A stretch of DNA of 60,511 nt from Fidelibacterota bacterium (GCA_027021785.1 JALUTR010000086.1:1-60511), one strand, 5' to 3'; shown: positions 10,912 to 20,319, counted from the stretch's first letter. Translations and numbers: made by a program. Notes: generated by a model from the letters alone, not told the origin.

Positions 10912-11181
10912 GACAATAAACCTTTCAATAAATGTTTACCGTACACAGCTTTTATGCGGCTGAGCGAAAACAACTCAGGACCGTCCGTTAAAAATGCTTA
11001 ATAACGATCGGTATCATTGATATTCTTTATTTCCGATTTAAGCAGATATATTCAGACTAAAAATTACGGCAGATACACTATAGAAGACATGGAAAAGCAT
11101 CCGGCCCAAGTAACACTTCATGAATGGGTAGGGAAATAGCACAAAATGCTCAAGAACCAGGAGCCAAGAACCAAAAAATAT

Positions 11182-12270
11182 ATTTTACCACACTATTGTA
11201 TTTTTGATGAACTCGTAAAAAGTATTGAACCTGTCATACTGAGAGAGCTTACAGTCCCGTACCGAAGGTCGGGGCGAAGCGAACGAAGTATCTCGAATGT
11301 ATTTTTTGGTATTTTAATATATTACGGGACTTACAGCCGTTTAAGATTCCCCGACATGCTTCGCAATCGGGATTATAAACTTCGTTTGTTCCTCGTTAAG
11401 AATGACAATTACGGTGTATTTACTGCTTTTTACGAAACCATCATTTTTTTACTTCACTGAACTCTATTGTATTTTATACTTTACCGGCATTAACTACCGG
11501 TTGGGGACTTGTCTGTTGGTCGGCGGATCGATGTTAACGTCCCCTCCTCAAGTGAGGAGGGGACCACAGGGGTGGTATGAAATATTTGAATACATCCTTA
11601 GATCAGAGTATCATTCGTAGATATAAAACCCTGGACTTGTTTCCGCGCGTTTGAACTATGAACCATCCTGTCACCAACAGACCAAAACAAAAACAAATCT
11701 GAAAGATACTCAGGAATAATCTCACCTCCTGAGAGCGAATCGAATCCGTAGGCTAGCGGACCGACGGATGTCGGGAGACCAATCCACCGGGCGGTCTGCA
11801 GAATCAGTGGAGAAAATGCCGTGAAAACAGAGATATTTACCGGCACTGATTGTCAGCTTCCAGACTTTTGTCCTGTTTTTCCTGCAAATGTTCTTTTGTT
11901 CATGGTCGGGAGACCATGAACGATCAGGTGAAAGTATAAACCAATCCTGCAACCAGCCTGCGGATTGGTTCTCCATTCATAATTGAGGCATTACAGATTA
12001 TGATAAATAAGACTTGCTTCACTTCCTTTAAGATTGAAAAATACAATAGTCAACTACTTTATTAGTCCGCGAGCCGGCGGATCAGTGTTAACCCCCATTT
12101 CTGATCCGACTTCGGGATAGGCAAGCGGGGGTGGAGCTCAGAAAAATTCGGATTACAATGTCGGAAAAGATATTGATTTCGCCTAATATACAACTCTTCG
12201 TTGCAACCAGCCAGATGGCGGATCATTTTGGGTAAGCGGAAATTTTAACCAGTATTGAAAAATACAATAG
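11182..12270. repeat. four copies of a 12-17-nt motif (CTATTGTATTTTT and its reverse complement) in a -> -> <- <- arrangement
   Basis: CTATTGTATTTTT is at 11182-11194 and CTATTGTATTTT at 11464-11475. ATTGAAAAATACAATAG is at 12033-12049 and identically at 12254-12270. The 11462-11475 copy and the 12257-12274 copy match as inverted AACTCTATTGTATTTT. Confidence 0.8.
11480..11564 (+). repeat. structured dispersed repeat, copy A (possible small RNA or repeat element)
   Basis: 49 nt (11480-11528) match 60429-60477 with a single mismatch. A perfect 10-bp hairpin follows: GTCCCCTCCT (11539-11548), CAAGTG, AGGAGGGGAC (11555-11564). Confidence 0.8.
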
Positions 12271-12280
12271 AGTTTTGTAA

Positions 12281-12586
12281 TTACGTCAGTAAATACTGCT
12301 CAGCCACCTCACCTTCCTCCAGTGCATCAAGAATCTCATCGATGGCGTTTTCGTCAACGCCGGCGTACCAATGCCCCTGGGGATAAACGATCATGACCGG
12401 TCCCTCGCGACAGATATTCAAACAACCCGTGCTGGAGATAACAGTGTTTTCCAGGTCGCGTTCCATTAATTCCTCTTCCAAATACTGAATAATCCCCACC
12501 GATTCCTTTTTGTGGCAAACTCCTTTTGGTTCACCTTTTACCCTATAGCTGCAACAAACAAAAAAATGATAATCAGGTTTTTCCAT
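12281..12586 (-). CDS. thioredoxin-like [2Fe-2S] ferredoxin (nif-associated)
   Basis: 101 aa with the Cys pattern FFVCC..GVCH..GCLNIC of the Clostridium pasteurianum/Aquifex-type 2Fe-2S ferredoxin. It is the last gene of the nif operon. Confidence 0.82.
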   Translation of the reverse strand: MEKPDYHFFVCCSYRVKGEPKGVCHKKESVGIIQYLEEELMERDLENTVISSTGCLNICREGPVMIVYPQGHWYAGVDENAIDEILDALEEGEVAEQYLLT

Positions 12587-12690
12587 TTCGTGCTCCTGTC
12601 TTTGACATTACTGTACCGACTTTCATCGCTTTTCACGGGAAATCGTTCTTCCACAACCCCGGGCGTTTTTTTCGGGACAATCCAACCGGA

Positions 12691-14082
12691 CTAACCACAT
12701 AATTGCGAATTGCCCCGGGTTGAACACGACCCCGGAGGGTTCCCGGGACTGCACCCACCGCTGCCGCAATCCTTTTCGGAGAGATATGCTTCGGGGATAT
12801 AGCCTTGGGGATCGGACACCGTTTTTCCTTTAAAAACCCGGTAAAAGGCCTGAATAAGCGAACATTGTTCTTCGTATACCTTTATACCATTGTTTTGCAG
12901 GACTTTCTTAGGTTTGCCCCCCACACGATTAACAAAGACCGCCTTACAATCCTTCAGGATTTCCGCCATATTTTTCCAGCGATCGTCTCCACACCCGGGA
13001 TCGGGCATTTTTCTCCTTTCGACGAATTCAAAACTATTCTTCGTTTCCTTATAAATACTCATTTCCCGGGCGGCCCCCAGATGTTGATCCACGAAAAAAT
13101 TATCCGTGGTAGCGGCGGCAATATACTGTTTGTCTTCCAGGAAAGGATCCAACGGCCCGGAGGCGAAACGTCGGAGACAATTTTTCAGTTCTTCGCTCAT
13201 CGGTTCATTCAACATGCCGACCGCATCCGCCCGGCACCGCCGGCAATGTGTCATCTGGCGAAGATATTTTCCGCATTGTTCGCGGATCGCGGATAAGGCC
13301 TCCGCGGCGGGCGATTCAACGTCCTCAAATTCGGTGCCGGCCAACGGATACAGCGGCATGGCATTGAAGGTATAAGCTCCCAGGGAACCGGCCTTTTTCG
13401 CTACGTCAACGACATGTTCATCGTTCACACCCGGTATAAGTACGGTATTCACTTTAACGGCGATTCCTTCCTTCCCGAGTGCCTCAACAACAGCCAATTG
13501 ACGTTCTATTAATATTTCCGCGGCCTCTCGTCCGCGATAGATTTTTCTTCCTTCCCTGGCCCAGGCATAAATTTTTTCCCCGATTTCCAGATCGACGGCA
13601 TTAACGGTAACCGTCATATGTGTTACGCCGATATTCTTCAACATTCCGATGTAAGGCCAAACATTGAAACCGTTGGTGGCTATGCAAAACTGTATTGAAG
13701 GGCATTTCCTCCTGATTAACCGCAATGTCTCAATGGTTTTCCCCGGGGTCGCGAAGGCATCTCCCGGTCCGGCAATACCGACAACCGAAATATTTACCAA
13801 TCGTTCGGTAAGGGCATCGAAATAAGCAAGCGCCTGCCGGGGAGAGAGAACTTCCGTGGATACACCGGGTCGGTTTTCGTTAAGACAACTATACCGCCGG
13901 TCACAAAATTTGCACTTAATATTGCATTTAGCCGCAACCGGGAGGTGAACCCGGGCATATTGATGTCTGGCTTCGAAGTCAAAACAGGGATGAGTGGATT
14001 TATTTCTTACTATTTCCGCTTTCACATTCCATTCCTCTCTTACATATACGAATGTCCCACGGACGATTTGGCCTGGGTGCAT
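12691..14082 (-). CDS. nifB: nitrogenase cofactor biosynthesis radical-SAM protein NifB with C-terminal NifX/NafY-like domain
   Basis: Contains HPCF..ARVHLPVAAKCNIKCKFCDRRY (CxxxCxxC) and a C-terminal dinitrogenase-cofactor-binding-like domain. The longest ORF overlaps nifN by 43 nt. The GTG at 14025, preceded by GAGAGGA, is a likelier start. Confidence 0.92.
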   Translation of the reverse strand: MHPGQIVRGTFVYVREEWNVKAEIVRNKSTHPCFDFEARHQYARVHLPVAAKCNIKCKFCDRRYSCLNENRPGVSTEVLSPRQALAYFDALTERLVNISVVGIAGPGDAFATPGKTIETLRLIRRKCPSIQFCIATNGFNVWPYIGMLKNIGVTHMTVTVNAVDLEIGEKIYAWAREGRKIYRGREAAEILIERQLAVVEALGKEGIAVKVNTVLIPGVNDEHVVDVAKKAGSLGAYTFNAMPLYPLAGTEFEDVESPAAEALSAIREQCGKYLRQMTHCRRCRADAVGMLNEPMSEELKNCLRRFASGPLDPFLEDKQYIAAATTDNFFVDQHLGAAREMSIYKETKNSFEFVERRKMPDPGCGDDRWKNMAEILKDCKAVFVNRVGGKPKKVLQNNGIKVYEEQCSLIQAFYRVFKGKTVSDPQGYIPEAYLSEKDCGSGGCSPGNPPGSCSTRGNSQLCG

Positions 14083-15392
14083 TCGATGATGGTGTTGACG
14101 ATACGATCAAAAAGTTCCTGGCTGCCCCGATATCCCAAATGCAACAGTCTCCCGCCGCCGATACGGTCGTGCACCGGGAAACCGATACGAATCAGGGGGA
14201 TGTCCAGTTCGCGGGCAATGGCATATCCCTTGCTGTTCCCTACCAGAAAGTCGGGGGCCAAATTCTTTGCTTCATCCAAAATATCGGAAAAGTCGGCGTT
14301 TCCCCGAACCGAAATTGTCCGTCCGTACCGGGCTCCCATTTCCGATAATATTTTTTCCATGGCACCACTTTTGGAACCGGAGGCGCAAAGTACCGGGACG
14401 ACGCCTATTTCAAACAGGAATGAAGCCATTGCTATGACAAGGTCCTCCTCCCCGAACAGAATTGCTTTTTTTTCAAATATGTATTTATGCGCATCGGCGT
14501 AGCTGTCGATGAGCCTCCCGCGTTCTTCGGCATATCTTGCCGGCATTTTCCTCCCACTGAGTTGCTCCAACACACCGAAGAATTCATCACTAAGGGTTAT
14601 GCCGATGGGCAATCCAAGCGTGTATCGATGCACGGAATATTCTTCAAGAGGGAGGCCCGCGCTCCGGCCTGTTTTCAGGGTATGGCCAAACTCGATGACC
14701 GCTTGTGAGCGTCCCAGGGAAACAATCTCGTCGTACGTCGTTCCCCCCTTCGGAATTCTCTGATATTCTTTCCACAGGGGACCATCCAGTGTCTCCGAAT
14801 AATCGGGGAGCATCACCCGGGGCAACCCGAAATCCGACACTATTTCCTTCAGATATCGCATGTCCGCGGGGGAAACAAAACCGGGAAACAAAGCAATCTG
14901 ATCGGTACGGTCGCCCGCGCGCGCCAGGGACACTACCAGGGCCTTCACGGAGTCATAAAACCCATCCATGTGCGTCCCCCGGTAACTCGGGGTGGAAATA
15001 TGAACGATCTCCGGCAAATCCGTCCGGGAATTCGCCTTTTTGAATTCGCTTATATACATCGGCACATTATCCCCGATGGTTTCGCTGAGGCAGGTGGTGG
15101 CAACACCGATGATTTTGGGATGATACTGACTGCAAACGTTCGTCAGGGCGTTTTTAAGGTTATCGCCACCGCCGAACACGGCGGCAGCCTCCGCAAAACT
15201 GGATGACGCAATATCAACCGGTTCCCGGAAGTGGCTGATAAGATACCTTCGAATGTAGGTTGCGCATCCCTGCGAACCGTGCAGAAGGCACAGTGCATCG
15301 CGAACACCTTTAAACACCAGAGAAGCGCCCAGGGGAGCACATAATTTGCAGGGATTGGTCGTCGCCGTAAAATTTTTCTCAGTCGACGCCAT
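14040..15392 (-). CDS. nifN: nitrogenase FeMo-cofactor scaffold subunit NifN
   Basis: 450 aa. NPCKLCAPLGASLVFKGVRDALCLLHGSQGCATYIRR is a NifN/NifK-like N-terminus. The gene follows nifE with a 14-nt overlap. Confidence 0.9.
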   Translation of the reverse strand: MASTEKNFTATTNPCKLCAPLGASLVFKGVRDALCLLHGSQGCATYIRRYLISHFREPVDIASSSFAEAAAVFGGGDNLKNALTNVCSQYHPKIIGVATTCLSETIGDNVPMYISEFKKANSRTDLPEIVHISTPSYRGTHMDGFYDSVKALVVSLARAGDRTDQIALFPGFVSPADMRYLKEIVSDFGLPRVMLPDYSETLDGPLWKEYQRIPKGGTTYDEIVSLGRSQAVIEFGHTLKTGRSAGLPLEEYSVHRYTLGLPIGITLSDEFFGVLEQLSGRKMPARYAEERGRLIDSYADAHKYIFEKKAILFGEEDLVIAMASFLFEIGVVPVLCASGSKSGAMEKILSEMGARYGRTISVRGNADFSDILDEAKNLAPDFLVGNSKGYAIARELDIPLIRIGFPVHDRIGGGRLLHLGYRGSQELFDRIVNTIIECTQAKSSVGHSYM

Positions 15393-16746
15393 TGCCCGCT
15401 CCTACTGTTTTGCGCGGAGAGAATCTCCAAACGGGACTCATCACCGAAGAATACACCTCTTTCGCAAAGTTCACCATTCCTTCGTAACCGGCCAGTACCT
15501 GCTTCCGCTCATGGTTGTGATCACAAAATCCCATTCCCAGTTTGTAAGCCAGGGGTCTTTCCTTCACACCGCCGATAAAAAGGTCGACTTCCTTTTCGAT
15601 CGAAAAATTCGCCAGTTCAACCGGATTGGAATCATCGACGATGATCGTCCCCGGAAGACACATATCCTTAAGCCGCGTGTAGTCATCCTTATTGCCGGTC
15701 TGGGACCCGACAACCGCAACTTCCATTCCCAACAAATGCAAAGCCTTGATCAAAGAAAAGGCCTTGAACGCGCCGCCGACATAAATCGCGGCTTTTTTCC
15801 CTTTCAGTTTTTCCCGGTAATATCGGATCCGGCGGTTGACCCGTTCAACTTCCGACTCAACGAGCAGACCGGTACGTTCCAAAAGCCCCACATCATTAAA
15901 GAAACGGGCGACCGCAAACAGCGCCTCCGAGGTATCTTCGATCCCGAAATAGGAAACCCTGATAAACGGGATACCGTATTTTTCCTTCATCTGTTTCGCA
16001 AGATACATCATGGAGCCGGAACATTGGACTACATTTAATGAAGCCCCGTGTGAGCGACCGATATCTTCGACTCTCCCGTCTCCGGTTATGGCGGAAACGA
16101 CTTCAACCCCTATTCTACGGTAATACTCCCGGATGACCCACGTCTCACCGGCGATATTAAAATCACCAAGGATATTAATGCTGAATTTGGAAATTTTGTC
16201 GGTCGCAACACGACCGATGATTTTCAAAAGGGCTTCGCAAGCAGCCCTGTACCCGTCTTTTTTAGTTCCTTTAAATCCTTCGGAATGGACGGGCAACACC
16301 GGTATTCCTTTCTCCCCGGCAACCTGTTTACATACCGCGTCCACATCATCTCCGATAATCCCCACAATGCATGTTGCGTAGACAAACGCCGCCTTGGGAT
16401 GGTGGGTGTCGATTAATTCGATGAGGGAATTGTACAGTTTTTTTTCACCGCCGTAAATAACGTTATTCTCCTGAATATCCGTTGAGAAACTCAACCGGTG
16501 CAGCTCGGGTCCGGAGGAGAGAGCGCCCCGAATGTCCCAGGTGTACGCAGCGCATCCGATGGGCCCATGGATAAGATGCAAAGCATCGGCAATCGGGTAA
16601 AGCACCACCCGCGATCCGCAAAACACACAGGCCCGTTGACTCACGGATCCGGCAACGCTGTTTCGTTCACAGCCGATATTGAACGTATCCTCACCCTTGC
16701 GAAAAACCTGTCTTTCGCGCTGTGCTAAAACATCAACCATTTTCAC
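15379..16746 (-). CDS. nifE: nitrogenase FeMo-cofactor scaffold subunit NifE
   Basis: 455 aa, NifD-like (ACVFCGSRVVL..HGPIGCAAYTWDIRG) but shorter. It sits at the expected position after nifK. Confidence 0.92.
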   Translation of the reverse strand: MKMVDVLAQRERQVFRKGEDTFNIGCERNSVAGSVSQRACVFCGSRVVLYPIADALHLIHGPIGCAAYTWDIRGALSSGPELHRLSFSTDIQENNVIYGGEKKLYNSLIELIDTHHPKAAFVYATCIVGIIGDDVDAVCKQVAGEKGIPVLPVHSEGFKGTKKDGYRAACEALLKIIGRVATDKISKFSINILGDFNIAGETWVIREYYRRIGVEVVSAITGDGRVEDIGRSHGASLNVVQCSGSMMYLAKQMKEKYGIPFIRVSYFGIEDTSEALFAVARFFNDVGLLERTGLLVESEVERVNRRIRYYREKLKGKKAAIYVGGAFKAFSLIKALHLLGMEVAVVGSQTGNKDDYTRLKDMCLPGTIIVDDSNPVELANFSIEKEVDLFIGGVKERPLAYKLGMGFCDHNHERKQVLAGYEGMVNFAKEVYSSVMSPVWRFSPRKTVGAGNGVD

Positions 16747-16875
16747 ACCGGTGTATATTTCGGAGAACGGCGGAATTCCACCGGCGTGACGGATTTAGGC
16801 GGGACCCCGCGATCTTATTTCGTTTCATTAAATTTCTCATGGATTAATAATCGGATTGATCCGGCAGGCAACCGG

Positions 16876-18258
16876 TCACATTACAAGTTCAAAACTTTCT
16901 TCCGGAGCATCCCTGTCCTGCCGATCCAGAAGGGCCGACAACATTATTTCCAGCAAACGCATCACCCCCGCATATCCGACCGTGGGAAAATAGCTATGGC
17001 CGATCCTGTCCATGATCGGGAAACCCATGCGCACAAAAGGAATATCTTCATCCCTCGCGATGTACTTACCGTACGTGTTCCCGATGAGAAGATCTACCGG
17101 TTCGTTTTTTATGAGCTGGTGCAACAGAAATAAATCGGCATTGGCGCCATTCCTGACGTTCGCATTGGGGACCTTGTCTTTCAGAATGTTTCTGATCCTT
17201 GGCTCAAACTGTTTACCGGGCGTCCCGCTTATGATATGGATGGGTTTCATCTCGAGATCCACAAGAAATTCGGTAAGAGCCGTCAATTGGTCCGGATCGC
17301 CGAACAAGGCGACCTTTTTATTATAAAAGTATTGTTGCATATCGGTAATAATATCGACCGCCCTTCCTCTTTCGGCGGTAATCGACGTCGGCACTTCCAC
17401 GCATGCCGCCCGGCTCAAACCGCTGATAAACCTGTCGGTGGCGGAAATCCCGATGGGAAGATCAAGCAATTCATATTTCACTTTGCATTTGCTGTCCAAC
17501 AGGGCGGCCGCGCTTTCGGTGCCGAAGGGCCCAAGAGCAATCGTCAGTTTGCTGTCTCCCGTACTTTTCAGATCCGGTATCGTTACGCCCCCCTCGGGAT
17601 AAAACATGTGTTTTCCCCTTTGGGGGGCGTCGAGAACATCGGAAGTATCAGGAAAAAGAACGGCTTTCACTCCCATTTCTTTTGCGATTCTTTTTATTTC
17701 CCTCATATCCGACGGCTCGACCCAGCCCGGGATAATATTAATCTGATCCCGGTACCTTCCCGTTGATTCGGAAAAGTATTTCACCATTCCGGCAACCATA
17801 TTCGCGTACCCGGTAACGTGAGACCCCACATAACTGGGAGTATTGCAGTGAATCACATGTTTTCCTTCGGGGACTTTTCCATCGTCATAGGCCTTGCGGA
17901 TGATCTGGTTTATGTCGTCCCCGATCGTTTCCGAAAGGCACGTGGTATGAATCGCAATCACTTCGGGGGCATACACGGTAAACATATTGTTGATAGCCTG
18001 TAGCAGGTTGGCCTGACCTCCAAAAACCGATGCTCCTTCCGTAAACGAACTGGTGGCGGCCATAATTGGTTCTTTATAGTGCCTGGTAAGGGTACTTCTA
18101 TGGTAAGCGCAGCAGCCCTGGGAACCATGGCTGTGCGGCAAACAACCATGGATTCCCAGTGCGGCATACATCGCTCCAATGGGCTGGCAGGTTTTCGCAG
18201 GATTTATTGTGAGCGCTTTTCTTTCTTTAATTTCCGAAGGTGTGTGTCGTAAGAGCAT
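16876..18258 (-). CDS. nifK: nitrogenase MoFe protein beta chain
   Basis: 460 aa with a short N-terminus of the anaerobe type and P-cluster Cys contexts HGSQGCCAY and TTCLSETIGDD. Confidence 0.95.
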   Translation of the reverse strand: MLLRHTPSEIKERKALTINPAKTCQPIGAMYAALGIHGCLPHSHGSQGCCAYHRSTLTRHYKEPIMAATSSFTEGASVFGGQANLLQAINNMFTVYAPEVIAIHTTCLSETIGDDINQIIRKAYDDGKVPEGKHVIHCNTPSYVGSHVTGYANMVAGMVKYFSESTGRYRDQINIIPGWVEPSDMREIKRIAKEMGVKAVLFPDTSDVLDAPQRGKHMFYPEGGVTIPDLKSTGDSKLTIALGPFGTESAAALLDSKCKVKYELLDLPIGISATDRFISGLSRAACVEVPTSITAERGRAVDIITDMQQYFYNKKVALFGDPDQLTALTEFLVDLEMKPIHIISGTPGKQFEPRIRNILKDKVPNANVRNGANADLFLLHQLIKNEPVDLLIGNTYGKYIARDEDIPFVRMGFPIMDRIGHSYFPTVGYAGVMRLLEIMLSALLDRQDRDAPEESFELVM

Positions 18259-18283
18259 AAATTTCTCCTTTTATTGAAAAGGT

Positions 18284-19909
18284 CTACAAAGAGACATATT
18301 CAGCCGTGATTTCCGCCCCGTTCTTTTCCCAGGGAGGTATGATCAAATCCCAAATGCGAGTGTTAACCATGCGATCGATTTCCAGGTAAAAGTTAATCGC
18401 CCCCCGGAAGCCGGCATAGGGACCGCCGTAATCGTAACTGTGTAATTGTTTCAGGGGAACACCCATTTTCTGCACGACATATTTTTCCTTGATCCCGGCA
18501 CAAAAAATGTGCGGCTTGTAGAATTCAATCAATTTTTCCGTTTCGTAGTGGGAAATATCATCGACAACCAGGGACTGTTTGCCCATTTCCGCCATTAATC
18601 CGTCATATTCACCGATTTCGAGTCCTTTCTTCTTAAGCGACCGGATTTCCTCGGCGCTTTTCCGCGGACGGTAGCGCTTGTCGTCCTTTTCCACAAACAG
18701 CTCTTCGATGTTGCGACTGTCGGCGTCGATTTTTATGTCGGGTAATACTTCTCTGCCTTCATAATCATCCCGATGGCCGAACTCATAGCCGGCGCAGACC
18801 GTTTTCATTCCCAGTTCATTAAACAGCTCCTGGTAATGGTGTGCCCGTGAACCACCGACGAAGAGCATGGCCAGTTTCCCTTCGCACCGCGGCTTTGTTT
18901 CACGTAAGACTTCATTAACCGCCGCCATTTCATCCTTAATAAGTTTTTCCACACGGTTAATAAGTTTCTTATCGCCGAAATACCGGGCCATCTTCCGCAG
19001 GGATTTGGCCGTCGCTTTCGCGCCGGTGAAATTCACCTTCAACCAGGGAATACCGAATTTTGTCTCCATCATCTCGGCCATGTAATTGATCGACCGGTGA
19101 CACATGATCACGTTAAGATCCGCCGTGTGTGAATTCGCGAAGCGTCCCATATCCGAGTTCCCGCTAAAGGTGGAAATCAGCGTAAAGCCCGCCAATTCAA
19201 GAATACGCTCCAACTCGAACGCGTCTCCGCCGATGTTGTATTCACCAAGCATGTTGATCTTGAAATCACCCTCCTTCACCGTGTCATCAAGGCCTACTAC
19301 ATGTTTAAAGAGGCCGTTGTTGGCGATGTGGTGACCGGCGGATTGACTTACCCCTTTGTACCCCTCACAACTGAATGCAAAAACATTGATACCCAGTTTC
19401 TCTTTCATTTCCCTGGCCACGGCGTGGACGTCATCACCGATCAAACCGATGGGACAGGTTGAAAAGACGCTTATTGCCCGGGGTTTAAAGAGATCGTAGG
19501 CTTCCTGAATGGCCTCCCTCAATTTCTTTTCGCCGCCAAACACAATGTTTGAATCCTGCATATCCGTTGAAAAACAGTAGGTCATGAAATTTTCATCTTC
19601 ATTGCCTGGAGGTTTGGTTTGGTTCCTTCTTGTCAACCAACTGTAAAATCCACAACCGATCGGGCCGTGGGTAATGTTAATGATGTCCCTGGTGGGACCA
19701 AGGACTACTCCCTTGCAACCGGCATAGGCACACCCGCGCTGCGTAATAATGCCGGGAATGGTTCTGACATTGGCCTGAATTTTTTGCTCGTTTTCGGGAT
19801 CCCTGACAACAATGGATTTACTCCTTTTCCGCGCGACTTTCGGCGGGTACTTTGACAGAATTTCCTCCTTAATGGCCAAGGGATCTTGCAATGTGTCGTG
19901 ATCCATCAT
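18284..19909 (-). CDS. nifD: nitrogenase MoFe protein alpha chain
   Basis: 541 aa with P-cluster Cys contexts (RGCAYAGCKG, HGPIGCGF, STCPIGLIGDD). The FeMo-co ligand contexts are MCHRS (Cys270) and LHSYDYGGPY (His490). Confidence 0.95.
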   Translation of the reverse strand: MMDHDTLQDPLAIKEEILSKYPPKVARKRSKSIVVRDPENEQKIQANVRTIPGIITQRGCAYAGCKGVVLGPTRDIINITHGPIGCGFYSWLTRRNQTKPPGNEDENFMTYCFSTDMQDSNIVFGGEKKLREAIQEAYDLFKPRAISVFSTCPIGLIGDDVHAVAREMKEKLGINVFAFSCEGYKGVSQSAGHHIANNGLFKHVVGLDDTVKEGDFKINMLGEYNIGGDAFELERILELAGFTLISTFSGNSDMGRFANSHTADLNVIMCHRSINYMAEMMETKFGIPWLKVNFTGAKATAKSLRKMARYFGDKKLINRVEKLIKDEMAAVNEVLRETKPRCEGKLAMLFVGGSRAHHYQELFNELGMKTVCAGYEFGHRDDYEGREVLPDIKIDADSRNIEELFVEKDDKRYRPRKSAEEIRSLKKKGLEIGEYDGLMAEMGKQSLVVDDISHYETEKLIEFYKPHIFCAGIKEKYVVQKMGVPLKQLHSYDYGGPYAGFRGAINFYLEIDRMVNTRIWDLIIPPWEKNGAEITAEYVSL

Positions 19910-20316
19910 TATAGTCCCCCCGAAGAATCAAGAACGGTTCCGCCCGATGCCCCCCGTACCGTTTCTCCCGTTCTGACGCGCGTAGCCTCCAGAATGGGTA
20001 AAACGAATATTTTCCCGTCACCGGCATTCCCGGTGTGATTCGCCTTGATTATCGCCTTCACCGTCCGTTCGACAAAATTGTCCGATACGATTACCGTTAT
20101 CAGCCTTTTGGGGACGAGCCGGGGGCCATCCCCTAACAAGGAGATGGCCTCCTGACGCCCCTCTTTGGCGCCTTCCAAAATCCGGAAATCAACCAATCCT
20201 TTCCCCCGTCCGAGAACCTTCCCGGTGGCGGTAAAAGAGGTGATCCCAACCTCATTAAGGGCCCTTTTGGTCGCATTTATTCTATTGATGCGAATCATTG
20301 CCATAACTTCTTTCAC
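19909..20316 (-). CDS. nifI2: PII-like nitrogenase regulator NifI2
   Basis: 135 aa with a GlnB-like fold pattern (GDGKIFVLPI) and a longer T-loop region. It is located between nifH and nifD. Confidence 0.85.
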   Translation of the reverse strand: MKEVMAMIRINRINATKRALNEVGITSFTATGKVLGRGKGLVDFRILEGAKEGRQEAISLLGDGPRLVPKRLITVIVSDNFVERTVKAIIKANHTGNAGDGKIFVLPILEATRVRTGETVRGASGGTVLDSSGGL

Positions 20317-20319
20317 GGT

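Noticed and set aside
11146-11460. 104-aa ORF (and the other 60-84-aa ORFs up to 11976) in the spacer downstream of the nif operon
   Set aside because: The sequence is the translation of a palindromic repeat cluster. It has no SD and no recognisable domain, and it overlaps competing ORFs on the other strand. I treat the region as non-coding.
11738-11760. CGAATCGAATCC / GGATTCGATTCG strings resembling a tRNA T-loop or the tmRNA 5' end
   Set aside because: The flanking bases do not form a T-arm or acceptor stem on either strand. No tRNA-like 3' end (GGTTCGAATCC..CCA context) is present.
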